Assembly (NCBI RefSeq): GCF_009914755.1
Contig: NC_060946.1
Strand: one strand, 5' to 3'
DNA length: 64,000 nt
Origin: the human T2T-CHM13v2.0 reference genome, Homo sapiens
The translations under genes were made by a program, and so were the position numbers. Position 1 is the stretch's first letter, and the number at the start of each line of letters is the position of its first letter. Of this stretch, positions 13,610 to 28,357 are shown one piece after another. A model generated the notes under the pieces. It was not told where the DNA came from. It did no database searches and worked only from the letters and a program-made list of their open reading frames with translations.

Positions 13610-14190
13610 CAACATTTTATTATGAAATTTTTCAGACAAAAAGGATTGAAAGAATTCTGTAATGAAAACTGTATCTCCTCCACCAGGAGTTTACAGTTAA
13701 TATTTTCTTTTTGCTTTATCATATACCTGCCCATCCTTTCATCCACCAGTCCATGTTATCTTTCTTAATGTATCTCAAAGTAAATTGCAGGTATCATACA
13801 TTTCACCCCTAAACACTTCAGTTTGCATATCATTAACCTGAGTTCAATATTTGTTTTCAGGAATTTGTAAATATGAAATTTACATATAGGGAGGCTGAGG
13901 CAGGAGAATCGCTTGAGCCCAGGAGGCAGGTGCTGCAGTGAGCCAAGATCACGCCACTGCAGTCCAGCCTGCGCGACAGCGTGAGACTCAGTCTCAAAAC
14001 CATAAAGATAAAATTTACATAGGGTGAAATGCATAGATATTGAGTATGTGATGAGTTTTGATAGATGCACACACCTGTGTGATCAAACCTCTATCAAGAT
14101 ACAGACATTACCATCATCCCAGAGAGCTCTCTTGTACCCCTCTCCAATCCATCCCCAACCCCAGAGCCAACAACTGTTCTGATTTTTTCC
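13610..14190 (-). mobile_element. Old L1M 3' fragment containing a 5'-truncated Alu right arm (13888-14010, +)
   Basis: L1M-like text; Alu right arm flanked by duplicated aaatttacata. Confidence 0.65.
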
Positions 14191-15006
14191 AGTCTTATCG
14201 TTCACTTTTACATTTCCCCCTTCCCTACTCCCCTCCAACTATTTCCGCACAAATATTAAGCTTGATAGTCTTCCTCCTTAATATCTTTCAAGCCTTTAGC
14301 TCCTCCATTACCATTGCCACTGTCTTAGGCCTCATTCCCTTCTACACTTACTGTAATAAGTAGCTTTTTTTTTTATTCTACCGTGCAGTTAATCTCACAC
14401 ATTGATGCTAGAGTAATCTTAATCTTAAGTAGCACCTTGATGACGGCAGTCCTGTGTTCTGCATCTTCAGTGGATTCTTACTGCTTTTTTGGTAGACTCT
14501 AAGCTCCAAGAGGACCAGGACCACGTCTGTCTTGCTATCCCTAGTGTATAACCTGCCATCTGGCCTATTGTAGACAGTCAGTAAATACTTGTCAAAGGAA
14601 TAAATATCAGGTAAGTTGAAACCTTAGCCAAACATTCATTAAGTGTCTGGATTTAGCCTAATCCTCCCTTTTCAGCTTTACCTCTTATTAGTCTATTAAA
14701 CATACACTGTATGGAAATCAGACTTGTTTCCCATACATTCTTACCTCTATTCCTTTGCTCATTTTTTACAGTGACCTTCCTCTTCTTACATATTGAAGCT
14801 CTGCCCTCTTTGCAAGACCTAATCAAATGCCACCTCTTCTAAGACATTCTGTACACCCCCCATTAGAATTAACGTCTAAACTCCCATATTACCTTGCTGT
14901 CTTACTGCACTTATTTTCTTCCTTATATTGGCATTATCTTTGTACATATTCTGTTTCCCTTATTAAAGACTATAAGGGAAGACTGATGCTTAGAATTCAT
15001 AGAAGG

Positions 15007-15304
<298 letters not shown>

Positions 15305-15685
15305 TAGAATTCATAGAAGGGGCTACACCCAATTTCTTTAACTTAGCAGCACTGTCTGCTTGGGGCAGAATGTAAGCTCCTTTACCACCTTATAGTATCT
15401 TCAACTCTTCAATGTCCTTAATAAGCACTTTGTAAGTATATGTCGAATGAATATGTGGATGAAAACATAGTACTGAAAAGGTAGGTTGGGAGCAAATTGT
15501 AGAGAATCTTAAATGCCAAAGTAAAGGACTTGGCAGCAGGCAGTTTGGGGTTTATAAGCAAGGTTTATTTATGATCTAAATGATAAGAATAAAATGATAG
15601 AGTTGTACAAGGTGGATTAGAGTAGGGAGAGACGAATAACCAAGGGAGTTACTATAGTCCAGAAGGTTAGTAATGAAAATCTAAG

Positions 15686-15914
15686 AGACAGGAGGATCGC
15701 TTGAGTCCAAGAGTTCAAGGCTGGCCTGGGCAATCTAGCAAGATCCAGGTGTGGTGACGCATGACTGGAGTCCCAGCTACTCCTGAGGCTGAAGTGGGAG
15801 GATCAGTTGAACCCAGGAGTTCAAAGCTTCTGTGAGTTGTGATTGTGCCACTGCACTCTAACCTGGTTGACAGAGCAAGACCCTGTCTCTTTTAAAGAGA
15901 AGAAGAAAAAAAAA
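15686..15914 (+). mobile_element. Truncated AluJ-like element
   Basis: Partial left arm joined to right arm and tail. Confidence 0.75.
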
Positions 15915-15991
15915 AGGCTTGAGAGAAATAAAATTGAAGAGGTTGATTCAAGAGAGGCTCTGAAGGAAAAATTGACAAGATCTACCTACAG

Positions 15992-16492
15992 CAGGGGTCC
16001 CCAGTCCCCAGACCACAGACCAGTAGCCGTCCGCGGCCTGTGGGGAACCAGCCACATAGCAGGAGTTGAGTGGCGGGCAAGCCATTGAAGCTTCATCTCT
16101 ATTTACAGCCACTCCCTGTCGCTCACATTACTGCCTGAGCTCCACCTCCTGTCAGATTAGCAGCGGCATTAGATTCTCATAGGAGCACAAACCCCAGCAG
16201 GTTCCTTATGAGAATCTAATGCCCGATGATCTGTCACTGTCTCCCATCACCCCCAGATGGGACCATCTAGTTGGAAGAAAATAAGCTCAGGGCTCCCACT
16301 GATTCTACATGATGGTGAGTTGTATAATTATTTCATTATATGTTACAATGTAATACTAATAGAAATAAAAGGCATAATGTAATGAATGCACTTGAATTAT
16401 CCCGAACTCTGCCCCTACCCCTGCCCCAGGTCCGTGGAAAAATTGTTTTCCACGAAACCGGTACCCGGTGCCAAAAAGGTTGAGGACCGCTG
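15992..16492 (+). mobile_element. MER1A-like hAT-Charlie non-autonomous DNA transposon
   Basis: Termini caggggtcccc...gaggaccgctg; degenerate 8-bp TSD acctacag/acctagtg. Confidence 0.85.
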
Positions 16493-16893
16493 ACCTAGTG
16501 GGCTTGTATCTGGGAAGCCAGAAACATAAATGAGTCTAAGAAATATCTCTTCAGCTTTGAACCTAGATAACGTTGGAAAAATAGTAAGCTCTTCAAAGTT
16601 AAGGACTTATCTATAATTTGCCCATGTGGCTAGCAGTTGCTAGTGAAAAATGAATTTTAATTTATAGCAAAAACCTTATTAAGAGTTAATATCTTTGATT
16701 GTGGCTGTCCAAAAAATCTGAAGTAGTCATAATCTGAATTTAATCATTTATTTCTCCAACAAATATTTATAGTGTATATACTGTGGTTTTTAAACCTGAT
16801 TTGTGCATAAAAAATTCCTATAAAGCTTTTTAAAAATATATTTTCCTGGGTTTTGTTTCACTGTAAAAAAGAACTGTATAAAAGTCAGGGACA

Positions 16894-17154
16894 GGCAGGC
16901 GCAATGGCATGCACCTGTAATCCCAGCTACTTGGGAGGCTGAGGTGGGATCACTCAAGCCCAAGAGTTTGAGACCAACCTAGGTGATACAGCAAGACTCT
17001 ACCTCTTAATTTTTTTTTTTTTAATTAGCCAGGCATGGTGGCAAGCACCTGAGTTTCAGCTACTTAGGAGGGTGAGGCAGGAGTATTGCTTGAACCCAGG
17101 AGTTCACAACCAGCTGGGCAATATGACAAGACCCTGTCTCAAAAAAAATAAATA
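16894..17154 (+). mobile_element. Dimer of two left-monomer (FLAM-like) units
   Basis: Both halves lack the right-arm insertion; one 14-bp TSD aaaagtcagggaca flanks the pair. Confidence 0.75.
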
Positions 17155-17571
17155 AAAAGTCAGGGACAAAGTCCACCCAGAGATAGAAAAGAATGATTTA
17201 GGAGTAGTGTTTCTTCAACCTACAGTGAGCAGAGACTGGAGAAACTACTGGTAGAAATGCCAAAGGCCTCTGTGCACCCCTTCTACCTTAGATTCTAGGA
17301 CCAGGACTCTAATAAAAATAGAGAAGGTGAGAAGAATAGCTGGTTTGGGAGAAGAAGATAAGTTAATTGAGATCGGGAGGTTCAACATAGCTAAGTCGTT
17401 GAGAACGTGGGCTGTGGAACCCACCTGAGTTCAATTCCTGGCTCTATTCACCCACTTACAAACAATGTGATGTTGGATAAGTTACAGAACAACTCCATCT
17501 CTAAGTTGAGGATAACAGACTTGCTTCCTAGGGTTGTGAGGATTAAATGAGGCAATACATGCGGAAGTGTT

Positions 17572-17860
17572 CAGGGCCTCGGTGTGCCAAGGCGCTCTGG
17601 GACGCCACATCAGACTCACCAGGACAACGCTTGATATTTTAAATACATTTTGAGACAAACAACAATACTTGACATCTCTCAGATACCTTACGAACTACTA
17701 GTTCAAAGTAATTCCCAGTTTCAACAATGTATGTTACATTCTTTTCAGTAGTGCCATATCTTTTCAAAGCCAAGTGTGTGTGCTCTAGAGGTAAAAAGCA
17801 ACTACCACATTGAAAACCCACATAAGCACTGTGAACCAAGAACATTGGAGAACTTTGTCT
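17572..17860. mobile_element. Charlie4-like hAT fragment inside a MIR (MIR about 17370-17900)
   Basis: gatattttaaa...gaactactag...cagtttcaaca resembles the recalled Charlie4 consensus; MIR text on both sides. Confidence 0.55.
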
Positions 17861-18561
17861 TTGCACAATGCTCAGCACATTAGTGAGCATTCAGTAAATA
17901 TTATAATCATCTCAGTGGCAATGGAAGTTCAAGACCCAGAATTTGGCTGGAACTTGGGTGAGAAATTGGGCGTTCATGTGTGATAAATGAAATAGGTAAA
18001 TGGATAAGAGGAAATTGAGCTCAGAGCAGAATTTTGTAGAACACTTATACAGGGGCATTTATATAAGAGAAGGAAGAGGGGGCGGCTATGTTGGAGGAGA
18101 AACACAGAAGGGAGGAGAAAAACAGTTTCAAGAGTAGAACAATCTCATGCTAGAGAGGCCAAGGAGTTCAAGTGCAGTAGGTAGGAATGGAGCTGGATCA
18201 GGGGTTGAGGAAAGAGTGAGCGGTGTGGAAGTGAACGCAGCAGCGGTGGGCTCTTACTTGAGAATTTTGACTGACACAAGGGAAATTACACTATTTCCTG
18301 GGTGAAAAGTAGCCTTTCAGTTGTTTTGGAGGTGGTTTTTGTTTGGTTGGTTGGTTGGTTTTACTGGTTTTGAGTCCTGCATTCTAAGGAAGAGTAGAGA
18401 AATTATATGGTAATATCTTGATGATTTCCCACTAAAGATCATCTCATTGCAGTGGAAGCTTTTCATTTATATAGGAGGAGCAGGATACAGTTACATTTTA
18501 AATATACCTTACTTTTGGTTTTACCCCAAATAAAAGCCCATTTTTTTGTCACTTAAAATAA

Positions 18562-18877
<316 letters not shown>

Positions 18878-19249
18878 TCAGAGACATGCCTTTAGTTATC
18901 TGTGTGTTTCCAAAATATGCACATTTTCTCTAAACCTAAGGCAGGGCCAGGTAGCCTAATGCCTGGCACACCCAGACATTGTTGATCTAATAAACAAAAG
19001 TCTGAAACATAACTAGACTTGTGATGCTGTTACATTAGTTCTCTCTCTGGCAAACCTGAGGCTAAGTAACAGCAACAATAAATGGTAGAAATTAGTCACT
19101 ACCATCTATTGAGTGCCAGGCTCTCCTAGGCATTTTCCGAATGTTACCACTCTTGATTAATAATTATCATTAGCCCCACTGACGGAGGAAGAAGCTATAA
19201 TCTTTCCACTATGCCACATGCCTTTCCACAACTTTAAGACATGGTTACT

Positions 19250-21000
19250 CCGTGCCATGATAGATCTTTGACTCAAATTCAGCAGACTTGGATTCTTACT
19301 CTGGTCTGCCACTTACTAGGTCTGTTCTCCTGAGATTGCTTTCTCACTTCTGCTCGTTTGTAAATTGGGGTTAGATTAAATTAGGTGGTGCATGTAACAT
19401 GCTTAGCACAGGGCATGGCTTAGTAAACGTCAGCTGTTACAGTTACTTTCGCTTACGTCTTAAGTTCTTCAAAAGCACAAAATATATTTGAAAACATCTT
19501 TTTAAAATTTTGTTTTCAGCCACTCATTTCACATATTAGACTAAGCAAGGAGACTATGTTTTATGCATATAATACCCTACCTTAATATAACCTCCCACCT
19601 TTAGGAACCAAATCTGTGATTACATCACATATTTGGAAAATAGTTAAGAACCAGAAAGAAAACAGGGCCTCTAAGGAGCAAAAGCAGATGTTATAAAACC
19701 TACAGCTCACTGGAGAGCTTCATTGTCACTAAAAGAAGGACCAGTGAGATGAGTCCTGTGACCTCTCTGCCTCTGTTCCTTTATGCTTAAAATGGGGAAT
19801 TAGCACCCAGCCTACTTCACTTACAAGGATGTTGTGGAAATCAGATGAGGTGCCACACATGAATACACACTTGGCCTCTTCATGCGCAGTTCTGAGACTT
19901 TGCTATTCAATAGTACATATTTACTCTGCTCTTAAATCCTCCCAGGCAGTAAGGACACAAAGATGAAGATACAGTGTCTGCTCTCAAAGAGCTTTCAGTC
20001 TAGTAAAAGGTTGGAAAGGACTTGGTGTGTTGAACTTCAGCAGAGGCATGGGCGCGGAGTACTGAGAGAGTGCAAGGAAAGCCCGGAATGGCTGGCTTCC
20101 TGTGAGAGCTGTCATATGAACCAAATCTTAAGGCCAAGTAGGAATTATCAGGTGGAAAATAGGAGTAGGCACCTCAGTCATGGAATGGAAAATATCTGTG
20201 AAGTCCCTGAGACGCCAGAGGGCACAGGATGTTCAGAGAAACCCAGGAAGTTGATATGACTGAAGCAAAGTCAGCGAAAGGTATGTAGAAGGCAGGAAGA
20301 ATTGCTGCCAGGCTGGCCTTCTAGGAAGGGGCAGGAGAACTGAGTAGGAATTGGCAAAGCACAATCCTAACAGCTGTACATGTAGAGTTCCTCGTATGTT
20401 CTAGGCACTACACTAGTTTTTTATCTACTATGTATCACTGAATTTTCACAAGAACCCAATGAGGTGTAGGTGTTGTCATCTCAGTTTCACAGAAATAAGC
20501 TTAAATAAACGAAATAGCATGCCCCGGGACATACCTGTTCATGGCGGAACAGGAATTAGAACCCAGGTTTTTCTGACTACAAGAGCCACGCTCATTTCAA
20601 TATACAGAAAGTGGTTAAATTATATTCATTGATGTGGTGTGACAGATAGCACAAGTATAGAGTACATGTAGAAAGATTTTCATTCAAGGTAGTTAAAATA
20701 AAAACTTTGGTGTAGAAACCTTACTTATCTGCTGGTTTTCCTTTTAGCCAGATCAGATTTGGGGATCTCAGTCAAGTTAGTTCAGAAGAGCATCAGGTGG
20801 TAAAATGGTTACAAGTCCAGGCTCCAAAGCCAGGCTGCCTGTGTTTAGTGGCCCTGCCACTCCGTGGAGCTGTGAGTCTGGATGTCAGTTTCTTCATTTT
20901 TACACTGGCAGGAATGATGGAACTTACTTCATAGGGTTGTTATGAGGTTTAAGGGAATTTCTATGGGTAAAGGTCTTACAACAGTGGCTCGTACGTAGTA
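19250..21000. mobile_element. Cluster of MIR and L2 fragments
   Basis: Repeated MIR core motifs (cagtttc..catt, gttgt.agg.ttaa) and L2-like segments. Confidence 0.55.
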
Positions 21001-21016
21001 TTAACATCACCAAATT

Positions 21017-21335
<319 letters not shown>

Positions 21336-21496
21336 TAGAATCATAAGCAGTATTGTGCTTTAACTCCCAAATATTGTATTCTTTAAAACAGGGTCTTAAA
21401 CTAGAGTTATGAGATTTTCATCAGGTTCTTACAGTTCTATGACCCAAAAAAGTTAAGCAGGACACTTTATAAAGAGCATTAACAAGTTGCATTTTG

Positions 21497-21646
21497 GGCC
21501 AGGAGCAGTGGCACACACCTGTAATCCCAGAGTTTTGGGAGGCCAAGGCAGGAGGATCACTTAAACCTGTTCAAGGCTTCAGTGAGTCGTAATGAGCCAC
21601 TGCACTCCATCCTGGGTGACACAGCAAGACCCTGTTGCTTAAAAAG
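21497..21646 (+). mobile_element. Monomer-length Alu fragment
   Basis: Alu 5' end joined to an Alu 3' end. Confidence 0.75.
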
Positions 21647-22946
21647 AAGTTACTTTTTGAATATTCTTGATACTGTGACATACCTCATCAAATATTTAAA
21701 AGGAGATCCTGGTAGTAAAATGGTAACATCATGAGTCACATGTAGTTAAGTGGACTTGTTGCAAGTAATTTGCTACTAATAATAAAGTATCCAAGTTTTA
21801 AAAATATTAACATTTTATTAATTAAAGAAGGGTCTGTGTATCCCAGCTGTAATCTTGCCATCCTGTATGTTTTCTTTCATGAGAAAATTTAGAGTGGAAT
21901 TACTGGCCTTGCATTTGGAATCTCATGGAAATGTTTTGTATTTATAGAGATCATCCTCTATTTGTATATTTTTAATTTAGAAAAATGTGCCATGGAAAAT
22001 TTTTAACCCTTAAGTTTGAAATCTGAACTTTAGGTCCACAGACTAGAGTTGCATCTTACACAGTGGTTAGGTTTTAAGTCAGCACGTGAAGCGAACAGTG
22101 TAAGTAGTCAGAGTTTCCCTTGAAAATCCTTTAGAAAGGCTCTACATTGAAGGCTGACAGAGTCTCAGTCCAACAGAATGTCATTCTAGTGCAGCTAGAT
22201 TTTTCTCTCCACCACCAGATGAAGTCATTGGCCTTGTTCAGGAACCATGATTTTATTTCATTTTTTAAATTACCTTAGCTACAAACGTCAGAATCACACT
22301 TGTGTAACGAGTTGCCCACACTGAGAGAGACACAGAAACTATCTGGGGAGAAGAGATTTATATCTCCTGTCCCACTCACTCCAAGGTATAGGTTCTTAGA
22401 GTGGAATGAGTGGCAGGTAGAACACCCAGAATAATTAACCCACACCCCGCCAAATGGCCACGAGTACCCTTTACATGAACTCATGGGCGAGGGTGTGTAT
22501 GTGTTTGGGTGTGCGTGTGGTGCCTCTCCATTGTATCTTAGGCCCAATAAAGGAGGATTTGAAAGAGAGGATCCTTAGAACACTTAAGACATTAGGAGAT
22601 AAAAAGCTGATACTAAATTAGTAAAGGAGATCCAGCACCCACAACATACTTCTTTACCATCTCTAAACAGGACTGGCTTCACCAGAAGAATACTAAAATA
22701 GTGTTTTTAGTTTGGTTTGCTATTTCAATGAAAAACTTTAAAATAAAGGGCTTGCTGCTATTTGTCTGATAAAGGTCAAATGATTTCACCCTATCCTCCT
22801 TCACCACAATTTTTATTTTTTAAAAAGCTTATATTGCCTTTTTGGGTGCCACAACTTCTATTTTGGAAAATGTATAAGGAATAGAAAATAATTCATATTA
22901 GTTTTCTCTTGTGGCATAAAAAATTATCACAAGCTTAGCAATTTAA

Positions 22947-23547
<601 letters not shown>

Positions 23548-24540
23548 AATGTGGTTTCTATTCATGTGAAATTTGTTCAGGAAACTCTTTTAAGATTTTA
23601 TTTTTTTGCAGCAGCAGCTTTAGGTTAGCAAAATTGAGAGGAAAGTACAGAGGTAACCCATATATCCCCCGTCCCACACATGCACAGCCTTCCACACTGT
23701 CACCATCCCCCACCAGACTAGTACATTTGTTACAACTGATGAACCTACACTGACACATCATTATCACCCAGAGTCCATAGTTTACATTGGGGCTCCCTCT
23801 TACATTGGTATTGTCCATTCTGTGGGTTTGGACAAATGTATCATGACACGTATCCGCCATCACAGTCTCAGGCAGAGTATTTTCACTGCCCTAAAAATCC
23901 TGTGGTCCACCTATTCATTACCTCCCTGGCAGCCACTGACCTTTTTATTGTCTCCATAGTTTTGCCTTTTCCAGAATGCCACATAGTTGGAATCATACAG
24001 TATCTGGCCTTTTCAGATTGGTTTCTTGCACTTAGTAATATGTCCTTAAATTTCCTCCATGTCTTTCCATGGCTCGACCCTTTCTTTTTTTCCTGTTAGC
24101 ACTGAATAATATTCCATTGTCTAGATATACTACTACAATTTATTCATTCACTGATTGTAAGACGTCTTGGTTGCTGTCAAGTTTTGGCAATTATGAATGA
24201 AGCTGCTATAAACTTCCAAGTGCAGGTTTTTGTGTGGACATCAGTTTTCAACTCCTTTGGGTAAATACCAAGGAGCACAGCTGATGGATTATATGTTAAG
24301 AATGTTTAGTTTTGTAAGAACCACCAAACTGTTTTCCAAAGTGGCTGTACCATGGGATCTCAGCCCCATTCGTACAAGGATCTTGGCCTGTCTCATTTGC
24401 CATTGAGTTCCCAATACCTTCAATATATCTTGCCTGAAAGAATGAGTGACTGAATATTCTTAGGAATGAGTCTACCCAAGAAATGTCATTAAACCCCTTC
24501 CAAACCACCACCTGGGGTCTGGGGCTTTTAAATTTTATGT

Positions 24541-24960
24541 ATTTTTTTTTAATATTATTTTTTTTTTAAGATGGGGTCTCACTGTGTCACCCAGGCTGGA
24601 GTGCAGAGGTGCAATCCTAGCTCACTACAGCCTCAAACTCCTGGGCTCAATTGATTATCCCACCTCGGCCTCCTGAGTAGCTGGAGCTACAAGCATGCAC
24701 CACCACACCCAGCTAATTTTTTAATTTTTTGTAAAGTTGGAGTCTCACTGTGGCAGCATAGCAAGACTGCATCTCTACAAAAAAAAAAAAAAAATTAGCC
24801 AGGCATGGTGGCACACACTCGTAGTCTTAACTACTCAGGAGGCTGAAGCCAGGGAAACAGTTGAATCCAGGAATTCAAGACTGTAGTGAGCTATGATCGC
24901 ACCACTGCACTCCAGCCTGCATGACAGAGTGAGATCTTGTCTTAAAAGAAAAGAGAGAGA
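24541..24960. mobile_element. Head-to-head fused AluJ-like fragments (- 24541-24751; + 24752-24960)
   Basis: Both copies are truncated at almost the same left-arm position, with no spacer. Confidence 0.85.
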
Positions 24961-25029
24961 GATTTTTGGATAATAGTTCTTAATCAGCTATGCCCCTTGT
25001 AAATATTTTCTCACAGTCTATGGATTGTC

Positions 25030-25330
25030 TTTTTTTTTTTTTTTTTTTTTTTTTTTGAGACGGAGTTTCACTCTTGTTGTCTAAGCTGGAGTGCAATGGC
25101 ACAATCTCGGCTCACCGCAACCTCTGTCTCCTGGGTTTTCAAGCAATTCTCCTGCCTCAGCCTCCCGAGTAGCTGCAATTACAGGCATGTGCCACCACAC
25201 CCGGCTAATTTTGTATTTTTAGTAGAGACAGGGTTTCTCCATGTTGGTCTCGAACTCCCGACCTCAGATGATCCGCCCACCTCGGCCTCCCAAAATGCTG
25301 GGATTACAGGCGTGAGCCACTGCGCCCGGT
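25030..25330 (-). mobile_element. Alu (AluSp/Sq-like)
   Basis: Reverse Alu with a long polyT. Confidence 0.9.
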
Positions 25331-26399
25331 GTCTTTTTATTTTTTTAAGTGTCTTTTGCAGAGCAGTTTTTAATTTTAATGGACCCCAGTTTATCAGTTC
25401 CTTCTTCCATGGATTATGTCTTTGGTTTCTGTTTCTAAAAAGTAATTGCCAAGCTCAAGATCATCTCCTGTGTTACTGTCTGGGAGTTTTATAGTTTTGT
25501 ACTTTACATTTAGGTCTGAGACTTATTTTGAGTTAATTTGTGAAGGGGGTGAGGTCTGTGTCTAGATTCCTTTTTTTTTTTTTTTTTTTTTTTTGGGCAT
25601 GTGGATATCCAATTGTCCCAGCATCATTTGTTGAAAATACTATCTTTTCTTCATTGTATTGTCCTTGCTCCTTTGTCAAAGATTCGTTGACTTTATTTAG
25701 GTAGATTTGTTTCTGGGCCCTCTGTTCTGTTCCATTGATGTATTTGTGTATTCTTTCGCTAATGCCACACTGTCTTGGTTATTGTAGCTTAATAGTAATA
25801 TTGAAGTAGGGTAGTGTCAGTCCTTCAGCTTTGTTCTTCATCAATACTGCCTTGTCCATTCTGGGTCTGTGGCCTCTTCATAAAAACTTTAGAATCAGTT
25901 GATGTCTTCAAAATAGCTTGCTGGGCTTGTTGTCTCTTTTTTGTGCTCACCTGCTATGGTCAGGCCCAGTCAGGATAATCTCCCTTTTGACTAACTCAGA
26001 GTCAACTCACTAGAGACCTTAAGTGCATCTGCAAAATCCCCTTTGCCATATAACATAATATGACCATGTCTTGCCCACCCTTACGGGAATGCAAACCCAG
26101 GAGCAGGGGTCTTGGGGGCCATCTTATAATTCTGCTTACCACAAAAATAACATTGAGTACCTACTGAAGTGCCACACACCAATGGAGTAATTCCCACCTT
26201 TGAGTTAAATGGTATTATCCAAGTTTTGTAGGGAAACGAAATGTCAGGAAAATGAAGCAATTCACGTAACGAGTAAATAGCGTGGTCAGGATTCTAATGC
26301 AGATTCGCTGGTCTTCAAAGCCATTTTGCCACACTATCTCTAATAAATCCTGTCACATCTTCCTCCTTCTCAGTTTATTTGCTTTTCTCCCAACCCACT

Positions 26400-26975
26400 G
26401 TCTTGATTGTGGGCCATCATCATTCATCCCTTCCCCGCACTCCTGCAGCAGCCTCCTGATTGGTCTTCCTGCCTTTGCTCTTGTTCTTCTCCAGTTTGTT
26501 CTCCATAGTCCTTAAGTGTAACCCTGACTATATAACTTCCTGCTTAAAATACTTGAATGGCATCTTCCGGACAGAATCCATGCACTTTAATATGGGTTAC
26601 ATGGCCTCAGTTGATGGGCTCTGCCTGCCTTTCTAACATCATCTCTTACCTCTCTCTTCTTTGGTGAATGTGCCCCCATGTTGTTTCCTCTGCCTAGAAC
26701 ACTCTTAACCACCCTTCATCTGCCTACATCTACCCAACTCTCTGGTTTAGATTAAATGTCACTTCCTCCAGAAGGCTTTCTTTGACTCCCTAACTTGGGA
26801 AGGCACTCCTACTACATGTTCCCATAGCACCCAATGCTTTCCCTATAATAGCACTGTGTTTTATTAGAATGACATATTTAACTGCCTCATTTGTTAGATT
26901 CTGCATCTGATCCTTATCTGTATTCCCAGTGTCTGGCACATATGGATACTCAGTAAATATTATTAATAAATGAAT
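26400..26975. mobile_element. L2 fragment
   Basis: aatgtcacttcctcc.gaagg...cagtaaatatt L2 3' region. Confidence 0.65.
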
Positions 26976-27921
26976 AGTAGAATACTTTAATGGGTTACTT
27001 TTTTTCTACTACCTTTGAAATCTTAGTCTCTGCTTTTCCTTCATTGCCATTGAAATACTTTTACTATCACATATTAGAAAAGCTATCCACTTCCCATGTG
27101 TTTTATTCAGGATCCAATAATTAGTATATGGTGAAGCTGAGACAAGATTGTGGGTCTTTAAACTGTAAATTTCATGTGTTTTCCACTATTTTATGCAGCT
27201 TAACTTCCTTAGAATTAGATCTAGGCTTCAAAAGCTTATCCTCCTAACTACTTGCTCTACCACCACCCAGCACAGGTACTCAATAAACGCTAATCTAGTT
27301 TCTACATAATCGAATAAAGTCCTTTATAAGAGTTATGAAGGAAACCCTTTTCTTCAGTATGTGAATTTGGATCTATAGTATATTGGCCAAGAATTGTGAT
27401 TAGTGTGACAGCTATAGTTAGCCTTATAGAATAGGAACATTAACCTTTTACAGTATTGTGTTTGAGAAAACGTTATTAAACGCCTTCCTTGTAAGTTTTA
27501 TAATATGGCCAAACAAGCTGTGAAATCTCTCAAGCATATATACTTTCTAATGTTCTCAGTATTTAATAGTGAGATTGATTGTACAGTTGGGAAAGATTTG
27601 GCAGCGTGTAGACTTCCACAAATTTTTCTTTCATCATGTATTCTAGCAAATGTCAGGCATATAGATAAGCCATTATTAAAATATTAGTATGAAATTTAAC
27701 AAACATACCACAAATTTTATCTCCAAATAAGTGCAATCTCATTCAAAGCAGTTACCTTGGAAGGTGTTCTAGGAATGTTTCTATTCATCAAATGATTTCA
27801 GAATCGCTTTTGGAATTAAAGTTGGAGTCATCACATAAGCTTTTTATTGCCATCAGCCTCGGTCTTTGTCCTTTGAGGGTCGTTATTTTATGGGAACAAC
27901 ATGAAGAACTAAGGCAGCTAG

Positions 27922-28357
<436 letters not shown>

